Shown in pieces: positions 32,701-48,000 of a stretch of DNA of 64,000 nucleotides. The stretch lies in contig OX597820.1 in the NCBI GenBank assembly GCA_951406725.2, positions 106,888,001 through 106,952,000 of the forward strand, read 5' to 3'. The notes beneath the pieces are model-generated. The model did no database searches and had not been told where the DNA came from. It was given only the letters and a program-made list of their open reading frames with translations. The position numbers and the translations under genes were made by a program. How positions within the stretch are numbered: the first letter of the stretch is position 1; each line of letters opens with the position of its first letter. The DNA is from Octopus vulgaris. Lineage: Eukaryota.

Positions 32701-35700
32701 TTGAGCTCTATATTACTCACAATCTCTGGATGCCTAATGTTTAAGATGTTTCTGCGGTACCTGTTCACGAATTTTTGAGGCTTTCTAAATATATTTGTAT
32801 TCAGTTGCCATTACTCGGCACCATATAAGCAGGATGGATTTGATGTTGCTATTGAATATTCTTTGCTTAATATGTCTGAACTGAGCCTTTGCTTTCTAGA
32901 TAAAATTTTAAATGTTTGCAGGCTACACTCACTTTTTCATGTCCTTATTTTGATGCTCTTTGTATTTCAACTTGCAGACAGCATGCCTCTTAGATATATA
33001 TATATATAAAACCTTTCACTTTGTTCAATTTGTGATTTCCAACCATGACAAAACTAGCATTGTTATGGTGAACTTCTGTGATTTCTGTCTTTCCAGCATT
33101 AGCTCTCAGTCTGGGGTTTTTACTTCTATCTCTGATAGTTTGTTTTTTTCTGCATATGTGAGCAAATATTTCTCAGATCCTTCAGATCAGTGGTTCTCAA
33201 CCATTTTTTTATCTATGGATCCCTTTCATTACTATTTGATGTTTAAAAACTAGTTCTGTAAACACATTTTTTCAAAATTTCTATTTTGCTTTTCACTCAT
33301 TAATTTGTGTAGGTTGAATTAGGTAAAATGTTTGAGAAAGAAATTTGGCTGTTTTTTGCAATAAGTACACCTAAATTAAAATTTAAGTGACCCTTAAAAT
33401 AATATGGACACCATTTACTGTTTTGCTTATGTATGCCCCTAAAGAATTTTATATGAACCCTGTTTGAGAACCAGGATTCTAGATCCTCCAGAAGCTTCTC
33501 TTGCTAAAAGAGCAAGCACAAGAGTAGGTACAAGCCTAGCTTTGTACATCACCCATTCAATCATCTTCAAGGTCATCAATAATAATAGACAAAAAAAGAA
33601 AAAAGAACAGACTGGAGGAACCTAAGTATCTCAAGAGTTTTAACTAGAAACTGCGCAAGTGAATCCAGGCAAGTGAATGAGACATTGGGACAGTGAATAA
33701 GCAGAAATCAGAACAGGTTTAGCTGAGCATTCCCATTAACTGCTTAACAGCATCATCACTCCTGCCTCACATTACATGTGACTCACATATTTCACCACTG
33801 ATCTCTGAATGCATTTGTTATTTGTAGTTGGCCTGTGAGTCAACTACAAAGGACATGACATAAGCCTGAAAGATGCTTGAAAAATGGTACCACAGCAGAC
33901 CCAGACAGAGTTCCACCTGATGTCCTGAATGTGGATTTGGACACCATTAGTAATTTGGTTTCCTCCTTACTGCAGACAATAAGAGTGGTGAGGGGAACAC
34001 AAAGTATTCACACTTTGTGTCCCCAGTACTTGTATCTTCTACAATAAGAGGAAAAGTTATCTGGTGAAACTGCCAAAAACTGGAAGATCTTGGCTAATTA
34101 GGAAAATGTGGTATCTTTCTTCTCTCAGTATCTAGCAAGGTATTCACTAAAATCATCATCTTTGCTTTAACATCCATTTTTCCATGCTAGCATATTGAGG
34201 CAGATTTTCTACAGCTAGTTGTCCCTTCGGTCACCAACCTTCACATGTTTCCAAGCAAAGTAATATTTCCACTTGGCCAGACATGTTTACATAGAATATT
34301 GGAAATGAATGATACTAATTGTATGACAGGCTCTTTAATTTCCTGTTTATCAAAATCAACACTCAAGGCTTTGGTCAGCCCTGGACTATATTAAGACTCT
34401 TGCTCAAGATATCATACATTGAGACTGAATCTAGAACCATGTGGTTGGGAAGCAGATTTCTTAACCACACAGCCATGTCTATGTGTTGTATCATTTTTTT
34501 AATAATTTTCATCCCTAAATTTTTTATGCTTTCACCTGTAATTATCATAATCAATTCTGAAATTTTGATAGTTATTAAATGTGTATATAAATAAAGATAT
34601 TGTGTGTGTGTGTAGGCTAATCGAAATTGAAAAAAAAAAAACAGGAAAAACAACAAAAGTCAAAAGGATGTACACAGTGACTATATTAGATTGATGCTCA
34701 GAGAAAGTTTAAGATGGAAAAAAAGAGTGGATGTAATGTTTTGAGCATGGCTCTTCATCAGAAAGAGGGGAAAGTTCAGAGAGAAGGAAAAGAATAGTCC
34801 AAGAAAAGCAGATGTGTCATATATGTAGATAAATAAAATGTTCTGTGTATGAATGTGTACATGCAAGTTTATGTGAGTGAGTTTATGTTGCCCTTTGTCT
34901 TCATGGTTGTTTGCTAGTTGTAAACAACAGTCTTATTCAGATGGTATCATTTATTTCCAATTCTCAACAAACCATGTCCAAGCTATATGTTATTCAGTAG
35001 ACTGGAAGATTGTTACTTTGCTTGGAAACAGATGAGGGTTGGTGTCAGGAAGGGCATCCAACCGATAGAAACTTTCTTCCCGTGTAGTATCAACTGACCC
35101 ATGCAAGCATGGAAAAGTAGCCACTAAAACAATGATGATGATGAATGTATTTCTGTTATGTGAGTTATAATGTTCAAATTTTAAATTCCAGGAACATGTG
35201 CCAATTGATTTTGAACCCCACCAGCCTCGTTTGTATCGTGTGGGACTTGGAAGAGGTTATCTAGAACTACCACAAGGTAACATCTATACTTATTTATTGT
35301 TTGTTAATCAATTTATTTAATTTCCATTCACACAGAATCCTATTAATAAAAGCTTATCACCTTTCTGAATACATTAAGCTGCAGTTTGGCAATTATTGCT
35401 GATAGCATGGGAACCAGTTTAATGAGGCTACTAATATTATTGATAGTTAGTTCACCTGTATGTTAAGCAATATTAGTGATATTATTCATGAAGATTATTC
35501 TTTTTCAGACTGAAAACCTTATTTTTAGAGATGAAAACAATACTAATACATTTCATTATCTCTAAAAGTGAAGTTATTAATTAGACTTTACATTTGCAAG
35601 CCATACCGCTTACTATCAAGAATTCACTATCTTAGATTTCACAGCCATCACGTATCACCAATCTTTTTATTATGATTATAATCATTTTAAACCTTTTGTT

Positions 35701-36068
35701 ACTGTATTTATTTTGAGATGCTCTGTGTTTCTTTCAATTACTTTAAATATAACAAAGAATTTAGTAAAATAACTTAGTTATCATTCAGCTAGTGTTAGGA
35801 ACATAAATTGTGACTAAGGTTTGGTGGAAGATCTTAATTCAAAACTTATGAAAACAAGACATTTGTACTCAGAGCCAGTTTCAGCCGGGTTGGTAATGAA
35901 AGGATTAAAGTGCAAGCATGGCTGTGTGCTGAAAAAGTTTGTTTTACAATCATGTAGTTGTGGGTTTAATCCCACTGCATGTTTCCTTGAGCAAGTGTTT
36001 TCCATCATAGCCTTAACTTAACCAATAACCTTTGAGTGGAATTTGATGGATGGAAACTGTGAGAAAGC

Positions 36069-36100
<32 letters not shown>

Positions 36101-39100
36101 CAGTGAAAGATTAAGTTTTGGTAAAAAGCATGTCCTATTCCAACAAAGTCATTTGTACCATGTTACAGGCACTGTCTTGAAACTAATGTAATGAACCAGT
36201 TATCTGATGGGAAATTGTTTACTGATTGCAGTATTGAATAAGTAAATATATAAACCTTCCCAAACAACTAAAAGTTATGAGGAAGAAAAATCTAGAAAAT
36301 TTGGTTACAATGCTTTGATGTGTTTGACTTCCTGCTGACATTAAACCACACAAATCCCTCACATGTTGTCATATGTTAGGGTACCAAAAGGAAGTGTCAA
36401 CTATTCAAACTTTAAGTTTCAGAGTTCAGTATAAATGTGATGTATCATTAGGCTGCATACATTTCCTTTTAATCAATAAATTACTGAGGTATTAATTCCA
36501 CCTCTAGTAACTCTTCTGCTGAGATGAGATTTAGAAAGTCCATCTGAAAGAGTGATGGTCTGCATAATAGCTGCCTAGTTGTAAGTAGGGACCCTACAAG
36601 CGTACATGTCACTGTGTTAACAGTTTGTTACTTTATCGTACTGACCGCAACTTGCTCCTGAAGTCACTACTGTGAAAAAAATTAAATTACTTTCAGTAAT
36701 ATTATTCAAAGCTTTTTTAAATTAATACACCAATAATTTGTATCATTGTTATGGGAACAAGATAAAGATATAAAGGTGTTTTAAAATATTTTTAAAAATC
36801 TTTAATAAAACTATCTTTAATTTTGTTTATTTTTTTAAACATTTTCTTTTTTTCTTCTTCAATTCATCACTGTTATTTCAGTTGAAGTTCATCATGGTCG
36901 ACTAGAACAGAAGCTACTTGATACAAAATGTGTATATATCCTGGATTGTAATACAGACTTATTTGTCTGGTAAGTATTACATGAAACTGAATTAACCTTA
37001 GTTTACAGCATATTTTATTTAATGTTGATGTATACTGAATTATAACTTAATGGATTTCCTTGCTACTTTTCTTAACTAACAGGATAGGGAAGAAATCAAC
37101 TCGGCTTGTTCGTGCTGCAGCTTTGAAATTATCTCAAGAAGTCTGCGGTATGCTGAAACGGCCTTCTTTTGTGACTGTCACAAGATGTCTTGAAGGGTAA
37201 GTCAGCAGTTTGTCCCTGTTGCACATTGTTCTGGTTTTTGAATTGTCATAATCTGGACATTTTTTAAAACTTTCCCCTCTTAAATATAATGGCTTAATCT
37301 ATAAATATTTACTTAATTTATAGATATTTACTGATGCTTATAACTAAGATTTCAGACATGGTAGTTCAAAGCCCAAAGCCATATTTCTAATGGTGTGGTG
37401 ACATAGTGATTAATCTGCCTTGTTATTGTCTCCAAAGTTCACAAATTAAATTTTGTCATTGATGTTGTGAGAGTTTCAGCTAGCTCTATCAATAGGGTGT
37501 CAGCCTACAACAATAAACTTAACCGAATATACTACTTCAAGGGCCATTGTGTTCTGTAAGTATTGCATATTAGCCTGACAGTCATTTATTATTGAAGCAA
37601 ATATATCAATGATCTTCCAATTAAGTGTACTTTTAATAAATTCAAAAACCATCAGGTGTCTTGAAGAAATTTCGAACCTGGGTTCTCATTCCCAAGGTAT
37701 TTTTCGATGTTGTTATTGTTATTCAGGTCACTGCCTGGAATCGAACTCGGAATCTTGGGGTTAGTAGCCCACGTTCTTAACCACGATGCCATATGTAAAT
37801 CATGTACTTTTTTTTTTAACTTCAGCACTGTTGGATCCAGTTCACTAAATATGTCTTTTCCTCTCATTCTTTGTCTTGTACAATGTTCTTCTCTGTTCCA
37901 TTAACCTGAAGGGAATCTCCATCCTCAATTTTTTCCTTTAAGTTTCTTTAAAATATGAAAATAACTGAATTGGTGCATTATTTAAAATAATAAACTCAGT
38001 TTCAATATCTTGAATTTTGGATTGCTCTAGATTGTGAGGAACTAAGCAGAAACTTTATGACTAATTAATTATTAATACATTCTCCTTTCCTGATTTATGA
38101 AAATCTTGGTATGATATTGGTAAAAAAATTTTTTTTAAGATTGATAATTTTTCATATATCTATTTTAACCATTTAGCTTGTAACAGCTGTGATGATGATA
38201 TTGGAACATAAAAACTTTTTCCTGTATATCATTAGTGTTATAATAAATTTATTCTTTTGAATTGATTTCAGAACTGAACTACAGATTTTTAAAACCAAAT
38301 TTGTTGGTTGGGATGACATCATTGCTGTTGACTATACCAGGTCTGCAGAATCAGTCATTAGGAGAGGTGCAGATATGAAGGTAAAGACTTGCAGTCTGAT
38401 TAAATTTTCCAACTCAGTTTTTGAAATTATTAGTCACTATTGACAATACATGCACCTGTGTGCCCTATTTGCTTTGTCTATCCACCTCTATCTCCATCTC
38501 TAATCATCTGTCACCCTCTTTTACGTTATTGTGAAGTCACCTACCCACTCACCCTTTCTAATTCTCAAGCCCTATTCTCTCTATTATATTCACCTTGTAC
38601 CTTGTTATGTCCTCACCAGCTCTTTCTTCTCTTTCCAGCTAGAGAAGCCATGTATTTCCTTCATAGCAAGACACCTGTTCTTGTCCTATCATACTTCAAC
38701 CTCTCAACATCTGGCACAAAACCACCCCCTTCAGTACTACACCTCAACTCAGCTGAGGGGATTTTCTCTTACAAGTTATTTGGTAACCTTACTTGTGCTA
38801 GTGTCAGAAAAAAATGTACCTAGTACACTCTGTAAAATTAATTGATCAACAGAACAAGCAGCCTGCTCGTGGAAGTATCATGCAAGTGGCTGAGCAGCAC
38901 TCTGTGGAGTGCTCAGCCACTTACACATTTCTACAGTTGGATGACTTTCCTAACACCACTTAGTAAAATGATTGGTGTTAGGAAAGTCATCCAAGTGTAG
39001 AAACCATGCAAAAGCAAACGCTGGAGTTCTGTGCAGTCATCTGGTTCATTGGTTACTGTCAAACTGTCCAGCCTATGACAACATGAATGACATAAGCTAA

Positions 39101-42100
39101 ATGATAATGATGGGTGCCTTTATGTGCCAGGTACACAACACTGGCATCAGCCACAACTATGACGTCACTTGGCTTGACAGGTCTTCTCAAGCACAGCATA
39201 TCGCCAAAGGTCTCTGAGGCAATGACAAATGACCAAGACCTTTGGTGATATGCCCTGCTTGAGAAGACCCATCAAGTCAAGTGAAACCATAGTGTGGCTG
39301 ATGCCAGTGTTGCATAACTGGCACGTAAAAAGCACCTTTCAAACTTTGGGCCTCCTGGAGGCAATGACAAATATCCAAGACCTTTGGTAATATGCCATGC
39401 TGGAGAAGACCTGTCAAGCCAAGTGAGATCATAGTTGTGTTCAATGCCAGCGTTTTGTAACTGGCACCTGTGTTGGTGGCATGTAAAAAGCACCCACTAC
39501 ACTCTTGGATGGTTGGCATTAGGAAGGGCATCCAGCTGTAGAAACTATGCCAAATCAGATTGAAACCCAGTTTTCAGTCAAACCATCCAACCCATGCCAG
39601 CATGGAAAATGGATGTTAAATGATGATGCTGATGATGATCGTGATGAAGTGAAATCAACAAAGTGTATTAGAGAAAAATTTATGCACAAAATAGAAGTTA
39701 TCGTGCTGTAGGTAGAACCTGTCTGATACCAAACTGTTTTCTAATTGTAACCATTTAACTGATTTTTATTAAAAGGTTTTCATTGATGTAAGAGGTGACC
39801 TATGGGAAACCTTTTAAAATGTTTCCATCAGGCATGAAATCCTATATCCCTCCTCCTCATGCCAACAAAAGAGCCCTTATGTTATCACCTTAATCTGTTA
39901 GATATTGTGGAATCTCCCCTTGTAAATGAAAAGTGAGTGTCCTACAAATTCTTGTGAACAAACTGCACAGATGATTTATTTATAGTGATCAAATGTTTGT
40001 ATTGTACATTACCTCACTCCTTCCATCAAATGGACATTACCTGTAAAGGTGCACCATGTGCCACGCATCAGGTGTTGAAGTGATCACAGAGCAATGTGAA
40101 ATGAAGTGTTTTGCTCAAGAACACAATGCACTGCTCAGTCTAGGAATTGAAATCATAATTGTGTGATTGTGAGTACAACACTCTAACCACTACATCACAT
40201 GCCTTCACTACTCAATGTAACACCCTAATATCCTTCACATCGGACCCTACTATTAAGAAAAAAGAAAGATACATTGGATAATGTATTCCTGGGTACCCTT
40301 AAAGAGGTACAATGATCATAGATCTGCTCAGTATTAGCTGAGTTCTCATTGTACCTGAGAAGTTACTCATTTATATGATGAAGATTCAATTAATTTTTCC
40401 AAAGTTTTATGACAATCATTTGAGCATCAAATAAATTGCTTTGCAGTAATTGTTCTGGATCTCTGTGTTCTTGTAGTCAAACTTAGAGAGGAATCAGCTC
40501 TTCCAGGTCTGAAAGTGCCCTAGTCATGCTATATGCCATTGACTTCATTAAGACACTCTTTTCCGAAGTCAACCCTGAGTCTCATTAAAACCAAATATTG
40601 TAAAATTTAATCTAAAGTTTTCTACAAGCACTGTTTAGTTAAAGGTATCTGAATTCATCTTTCATGAATTTATATTTCTTTCAGGTGATAATGGAAAGAG
40701 ACAAAATCAAAACAGATTTATCTGCTCTGTTTATTCCACGACAACCTGCTATGTCACTTGAAGAAGCAGTAAGTATTCTAATATTAGTTCTCTTAGCATT
40801 TCCGACCTCTTCTTTTTTATATAGTTTTTAGTACCTTGAAGAAAGCAAGAAAACTTATTTTCACAACTTATACACATCTAGTTCAATTGGAATTGCATTT
40901 TACATACCAGTCAGTCTTTATTTCTCTTCTTGACAAAATATTATATCACTGACAGAAAATTTTTTATTTATTTCTATGAATTATGATTTTATAATTTGTA
41001 CCAGATATGATTACTTGTTTCAAATTTTGTAAACAAATTTTGTCTTTAAAAACTCACAAAATTTTCTTTTTGTAAACTTATTAAATAACAGAAACCCATT
41101 CACATCTCCTCATTTAATTCTATGCAAAGTGATATTCGAAGACTACAATAATGTGAAGTGCATAATGGTCTGTGGTGTATAACAACATCCAATAATCTCG
41201 TCAATACAGTGGTGCACACACGCATATGCATACATTTATGTATATATGATAGATTCTCTTGTTGTGAATGGCAAATGAGGATTCAGTAAAATAAAGCATT
41301 AATTATGTTATATGGACATGAATGTATCTCTTGAGGTTTGCTTGTGCCTTGCAAACCTTTTGGTAAATGGAACAAGTTCAGGACTCAGTTTGCTTGAGTG
41401 CTTGTAAATCATTTACTATGTGTCTTCTTGGGTGGACTGCAAGGCCTGCTTTGCTTCATGCCACAAAACCACAATGACAGGTAAGGTTTCCATTTAGAAG
41501 AGCAACATTTTACCAGTGTGTCTTCATGCTGCACGAAGTTGGTCCTGATGTTGGAATCGACTTTGCTCAAATCTTTAAACTGAGGAGAAGCAGGACTTGC
41601 ACCAGGTCCTGCATAACCAGGTCCAATAACCACACCACATCAGTTCTTAATTCCAATTCTTTTTTTTTCTTTAATAAGCAATTAGTTTTAATTATGAGCA
41701 TTGAAACATCTCATTTTCCTCTCTTATTAATGTCTAATACTTTAAAGTCTGCCTAAGTCAGTGATTATCATTTTCATTTATGAAACCTATTTGCTTTCAT
41801 CTATTTTTTACCAGGAACAATTATCTCAAGAGTGGAATGAAGACCTTGATCAAATGGAATCTTTTGTATTAGAAGGAAAGAAATTTGTCCGTCTACCTGA
41901 AGAAGAATTTGGTACATTTTTCTTTTTATATCTTTCATCATTTCTTACTCTTTACTTAGAGAAATCCATCAGATAAAATGTTATAGCACAAATAGAATAT
42001 AGAAATACACAGAAATCCGTAATCTTTTAGATAACTCCTCTTCCATCACCTTACATCTTATGCACAACCTTTGCCTCACCTCTCTTGCACTCTTGTAACC

Positions 42101-44996
42101 TATCCAACCACACGTTGTTTCTCTTTCTCTCATATTCTCTCATCCTTCCTCTGTCTACTATCATTTTTACTATTCTGCTACTCTTTACCACCCCAGCCAC
42201 TCCCACTCTACTTTAAGGTGAGTGGCCATAGGGCTCTTCTACAGCAAGAAACCCATTCTGTTCTTGACATTATTTTCATACTTTAACTCCTCATCACCCA
42301 GCATAAAACAGCCTCCCTCTCTACTGAGTCTCTAGTCAGTTGAAGAGAATCTATATCTTATAGCCAGCATGCTGACCTCACTAGTGCCGGTGCCACAAAC
42401 AAAGAACCCAGTACATGCTGTAAATAGGTTAGCATTAGTAAGAGTTGCAGAAACCATGCAAAAGTAAACACTAGAGCACAATGCAGTTCTCCAACCCATC
42501 AGACCATCCAACCCATGCCAGCATGGAACATAGGCATTAAATGATGATGATTGTAGTGTGAAAACTCGTCTGTAACAAGTTGGGCTGAAAACATATATAT
42601 TTACATTCCCTTTTTGTTTTTGGCTACTGTACCAATTGACAAGATCTGTGATAACTATTTACATGTTGGTTGTCGTTGCTGTTGACTAACCCCAGATTAG
42701 CCCTAATTGAACAAACTTATGATTGAAAGTATTCCAGCTGCAACCATCTTTTCTTTCAAGCAGGTTGCTCTGAAGTGATGCAATGAAGAAAATCATGTTT
42801 TTTTAATAGCTCCTATCAGCCTCCAATGTCATAGGACTGCACTGCTTTTTGATTTTATAAGCATATCCACAGGTAGTAGAGATACTGAATTGAAAATAGT
42901 TGACCAAAGCTTTTGGAAACAAGGATAATCAACGATTTAGTGTATCAATTCCCAGAAAAACAATGCATTTAAGATATGGCAAGTGACTGACAGAAAGTAT
43001 TGATCTGGTTGTATGTCTCTAGAGTTTCTAATAGATCATTATTCTGAACAAGACAAGGGTTTCAGGCTGGAGATGAAAACTATAAGTGGAGAGATACCAG
43101 TAGCTGACAAAGGTTTTACTGAGTAACGCTAAGACAACCTTCAGCCTGTTTGACAGTTTTAGAATTGTGGTTTATCCAATGCAGGTCATTACTGATGATA
43201 ATGCCCAGGCTACATTCACTAGCAGACCCCAATCCTAAACCAAGCACTGAAAAATAGAAAAACTAGGTGGTTGGACTTGAATCACAATTTCTGTCTCTGA
43301 CTAAAGTTGAAAAGGATTTATAGAAGTAAGAAATGAGAGCAGAGATTTGTTAAAAGCCCACTATTATTTTCTGGATTCATTTTGTTTGTAGGTCATTTTT
43401 ACAGTGAAGACTGCTATGTTTTCTTGTGCCGCTACTGGATACCAGAGGAGTATTCAGAAGACGAGGAAGAAAACAATGAAGAAAGTAAAGCTGAACTTTC
43501 AGAGGAAGACTTCAAATGTATTGTCTACTTTTGGCAGGGAAGAGATGCAAGTAACATGGGTTGGCTTACCTTTACTTTCAGGTTTGTGTTTATCATTGTC
43601 AACATTATTTATATTACATTTGAGTTACTGAGACCGTAATGATGATGATGATGGTGGTGGTGGTGGTGGTGGCGGCGGCATGCATGCATACATACATACG
43701 TGGTGGTGGTGGTGGTGGTGATATGTATGTATGCATGCAGTGCTTGGGTACATAACTCATCAAAGAAGATTAAAAGAGAGAGCAGAAAACAACCATGAGT
43801 TAAGTAATGACACAGCAATGAAAGCTAGAAATATATACTAAGTACACAGACTATATGAAAAGACTGAAAAGTTAACAGTAAAAGAGCCATAAAAAACAAA
43901 AGTGCATAAAATGATCAAGAGTAGTGTTGGCAAATTTTTTGGAAGCTTGGAATTTTTGAAGGATGCAGTATCATAATTGTGCAGGTTGTCTATTCCATGT
44001 TTCAACAATTCTGAGCATGAAAAAATGTTTCTGAAAGTCATAAGTGCTGTGCTATTTTTTAAATTTTATAAGCATGCCCACTAATGGTGGAGGTATTGAA
44101 TTCAAAAAGGGAAGCCAAAGTCTTTGCTGGAAAGATGGTGGATAATATTGCGAGCTTCTACCAAGCCTGCTGCTAGACATTGAAGCTTTAGTATATCAAT
44201 GCACTAGGAAGCAATATGTTCAAGATCATCTTGTTGCACATCTCTGGGCAACATTCATCATCATCATCATCATCGTTTAACGTCCATTCTCCATGCTAGC
44301 ATGGGTTGGACGGTTCCACCGGGGATCTGGGAAGCCAGAAGGCTGCACCAGGCTCCAGTCCGATCTGGCAGTGTTTCTACAGCTGGATGCCCTTCCTAAT
44401 GCCAACCACTCCAAGAGTGTAGTGGGTGCTTTTTACATGCCACCAGTACAGGAGCCAGTCAAGGCAGCGCTGGCAGCAATATTCTGGATAAGATGGGATT
44501 TCCAAACTGGAGATGCAAAATGTAAATGTGGATGTACTATAGACATAGATGGTTGCTGTGTGACTGACAAAGTTCTTATTCAGTGATGTTAAGACAACCT
44601 CAGCCTTTTTGATTTTAGGAATGTGGTTCATTCAATGTAGATCTTTGTTGACCATAATGCCTAGGCTACAATCCCTAGCAGACTTCTTTGGTATCATGAA
44701 GGGAATTGGTAAATTCCATGTTTTTCATCCCAAAATGTATTCTACTGAACTTGTCTACTGCCATTAATCCATTGCAGCATTGTGTCTGGATCAGATTGCT
44801 GGAAAGATCTATAGTGTTTAGAATCTGTTCTTTTTATTGCAAGGTACAGCTTAATATTGTCTGTATACTTTAACACAGTAAAATGCTTCTTATTGACATC
44901 TATTTCATTAATGTATATATCAAATAATGGGGGGAGCCAAGACCAGATCCCTGTAGAACACAGATGTCATTGCAAAAGGTGCAGAATTTTATTCTT

Positions 44997-45030
<34 letters not shown>

Positions 45031-48000
45031 ACTTCATTAAATACTTCTATTTGCATCTTTCTTCCATCCAGGATCAGCAGAATAAATATCAATAAGCTGC
45101 ATAGATCAATTTTATTAAGTTTTCCCGCCTTTCCTTTCAGAAATGTCTGTTTCTATGCAAAAAAAGATTCTAGTGCATTATGTTGATTTTGGAAACTTCA
45201 ACTATGGCTTGCCATTCCCCACTTCTCCCACCTTTTCTTTTCTTCTGCCTCAAAATGTAACTGTCTATTAGATCTTTGTCAATTAACAAGCTAAATTTAG
45301 ATTGTTCCATTGTCACTTTTTAAATATATTTAATTTGTGAATATTTCTAATTTAAATGTGTGACCCTGAAAAGTTATTTATTTTCAGCTTACAGAAGAAA
45401 TTTGAAAGTCTGTTTGGTGATAAACTTGAAGTTGTGCGTACACATCAACAACAAGAAAATCTGAAATTCCTCTCTCACTTTCATCGCAAGTTTGTAATCC
45501 ATAGTGGCAAGCGAAAATTACCTGGTGCTCCAGCTGTCAAACGGGGTGTTGAGATGTTCCATTTACGTGCCAATGGCAGCCCTCTAGCTACTCGCTGCAT
45601 ACAGGTATAGTATTGAGCTGTTATTGTTTTAACAGCTTATTTTTAATATAAATCACATCAGTCACCATACTTTAATCATATTGAGAACTTTAATGTTTCT
45701 TCATGGCATAATGGATGAATGGTTAAGATGCTCGACTGCAAACTATATAATTAATTCTGCTACAACTACTATTTTGCACCCCTCCATAAACTATAAGGTT
45801 GTCCCAAAAGTTCGTAAACATAAATGTCTTTATTTTGAGGAATAATTTTTGTTGTTTTTGTTAGTACTTGGCAAGTAAAAATTCAATTTTCGCAAGTGTT
45901 TACGAACTTTTGGGACAACCTAATATACAACTTTGCATGTTATTAATCATTTGCATTTTGTTGAGGTGGGTTTTTTTTTTTTTTTAGCTGGATGTCATTC
46001 TTACTGCTAATCAGTAAACTATAATCTAGTTGCCTTATATTACCTATAGCCAGGCAAATTGAGACAGAGTAGTGTATTACATTTGAACTCCCAACCATAT
46101 GGTCAATTGTCCAGCAGGTCAACGTTACACCAAGAATGATATAACAAGAATTATATTTTCAGATACAAAATGAGTGTTTTAATTATATTGTCAGTTTCAT
46201 CACTTTCTTATTTAGTATCAGGAATAGTTATTCATTCATATGTTGGTTTCATTTACCGTCCAACCCATGCTAGCATGGAGAACGGACGTTAAACGACGAT
46301 GATGATGATGATGATTTAGACATGTTTAAAGTTGTAAATAGTACATGTCATCTCAGCCTTGAAAATAGTGTTTAGCTCTGGTTTCGTGGCACAAAATGGA
46401 CAAAAATACATTTCCCTCAAATGATGATAGCCTATTGCAGATATTATTTCGTATTTTTCCTGACTGTTATATGAACTAAGGCATGTAAATTAAGGGGGTT
46501 GCCCTTTTGCACAACAAAACTTTATATATAAAGGTGTTGCTCTTACACCCAACAAAACTTCTTATAGCATAAATGGTGTTACCCTGATACACAACAAAAC
46601 TTCTAAGACTCCCAAATATGATTTAGTACTTATGCTTTGTCAGCTGGCCTATTTCATTGTCTAATTAATGTATAATAATTTGATAAGTTTCCATATACCT
46701 AAGAGAAGGTTGTACTTAATTCTGAATTGTTGCATTAAACAGATGTAAAATGGCTTTTCTATTGGATTCAGTGCCTGTCTATTGCATATATTTTCAAAAT
46801 AGTTTATACCTTATCCAATAGTTAGTTGAAATTGGCTATGCAGAGCCGTATCCTGTTTAGAGAGCTAATGAATTACTTGCAACAGATTTGAAATTATAAC
46901 TTGCACATTTCCCTCAAATGAGTCTTCGTTACATGACTCAATATGTATCAAGAAAAATGTCTAATACAACATGATCATTTGTTGCAATTGTAATTCTTTC
47001 AGTATTAAAAATTAAAAGCATATCAAACTCCCTTAATTATTTATAAGCAATGAAAAAGGGTTTTTCTTTTATATAAAAACTTTTTTCTATATTTTTTTGT
47101 ACAGATCAAGCCAGATGCCTCTCTACTTAATTCACATTTCTGGTAAGTTCTAAAAATGCTAATATAGATTGCACTTTACCTTCTCGATAAACAAAATGTG
47201 AAAAAAAGCTGAATGATTACTGTATTCATTTGTGTCTAATATGCACTTTCTTTCCACGTTTTTTTTTAAGCCTAAGAAGTAAGCATTAGCATTTTTTTTT
47301 CATATCCCATGTGTGTGGTAACATTTGGGACAGCCTGGCCTGAAGTAAGTTATATTGATCATTTATGATAACTTATGTATAACATAGCTTAAATCATTAT
47401 AATTAGTCACAGGTCTTTACTGTGTTATAAGCCTACAGGCAAATCAGGCCATAGTCAATCCTGGTTACCAATATATATAAGCAACCAAGAATACAATACT
47501 CCCCCTGAAGGGGATGTCACTTTGCCACAGGGTTGATCTCCAGCTATTGCTGGTATTTATTTACAAATGGGTGAACTAGAGTGACATGAGGTGTTATATT
47601 CAAGTAAACCAAACACCACTTTCTCTAGAAATTGAAACCATACACTTTACAATCATGCATCCGACACCCTAATCATTAAAAAATTAAACCATGGGCACTG
47701 AAGGTGAAAGATTAATGTGGAACCTTGCTGTGCTCAAGAAGACCTGTCCTCCACAGCAGAAGTTTTAAAGCTACTCCCCCTAATGAAGAGGATTGGCTTC
47801 CAAAAGCTCTGTGCTGGTGCCATGTAAAAACACTTGTGCCAGTGTCACGTAAAAGCGCTCGAGCCTGTGCTACATTAAAAACACCCATTGGTCGGTGTTA
47901 GGAAGGGCAGCCAGTCGTAGAAACCATGCCGAAACAGACAATTGGAACCTGATGCAGCTCTCCAACTTGCCAGCTCTGGTTGAACCATCCAACCCTTGCC

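Noticed and set aside
34730-34765. Second hammerhead-like motif on the minus strand (ctgatga-a-gagc-cat-gctc-aaaac)
   Set aside because: The catalytic GAAA is changed to AAAA and stems I and III are not recoverable; at most a dead Penelope-type relic
35277-36881. Possible missing exon for the vertebrate FLII segment INYKLSVEHKQRPK
   Set aside because: Exons k and l join in frame as GYLELPQ-VEV, matching the shorter invertebrate form as I recall it; no extra exon is needed
37720-37795. Possible tRNA gene on the minus strand (anticodon-like ACT)
   Set aside because: A and B boxes are present but the acceptor stem does not pair and it runs into a repeat body; called a SINE head
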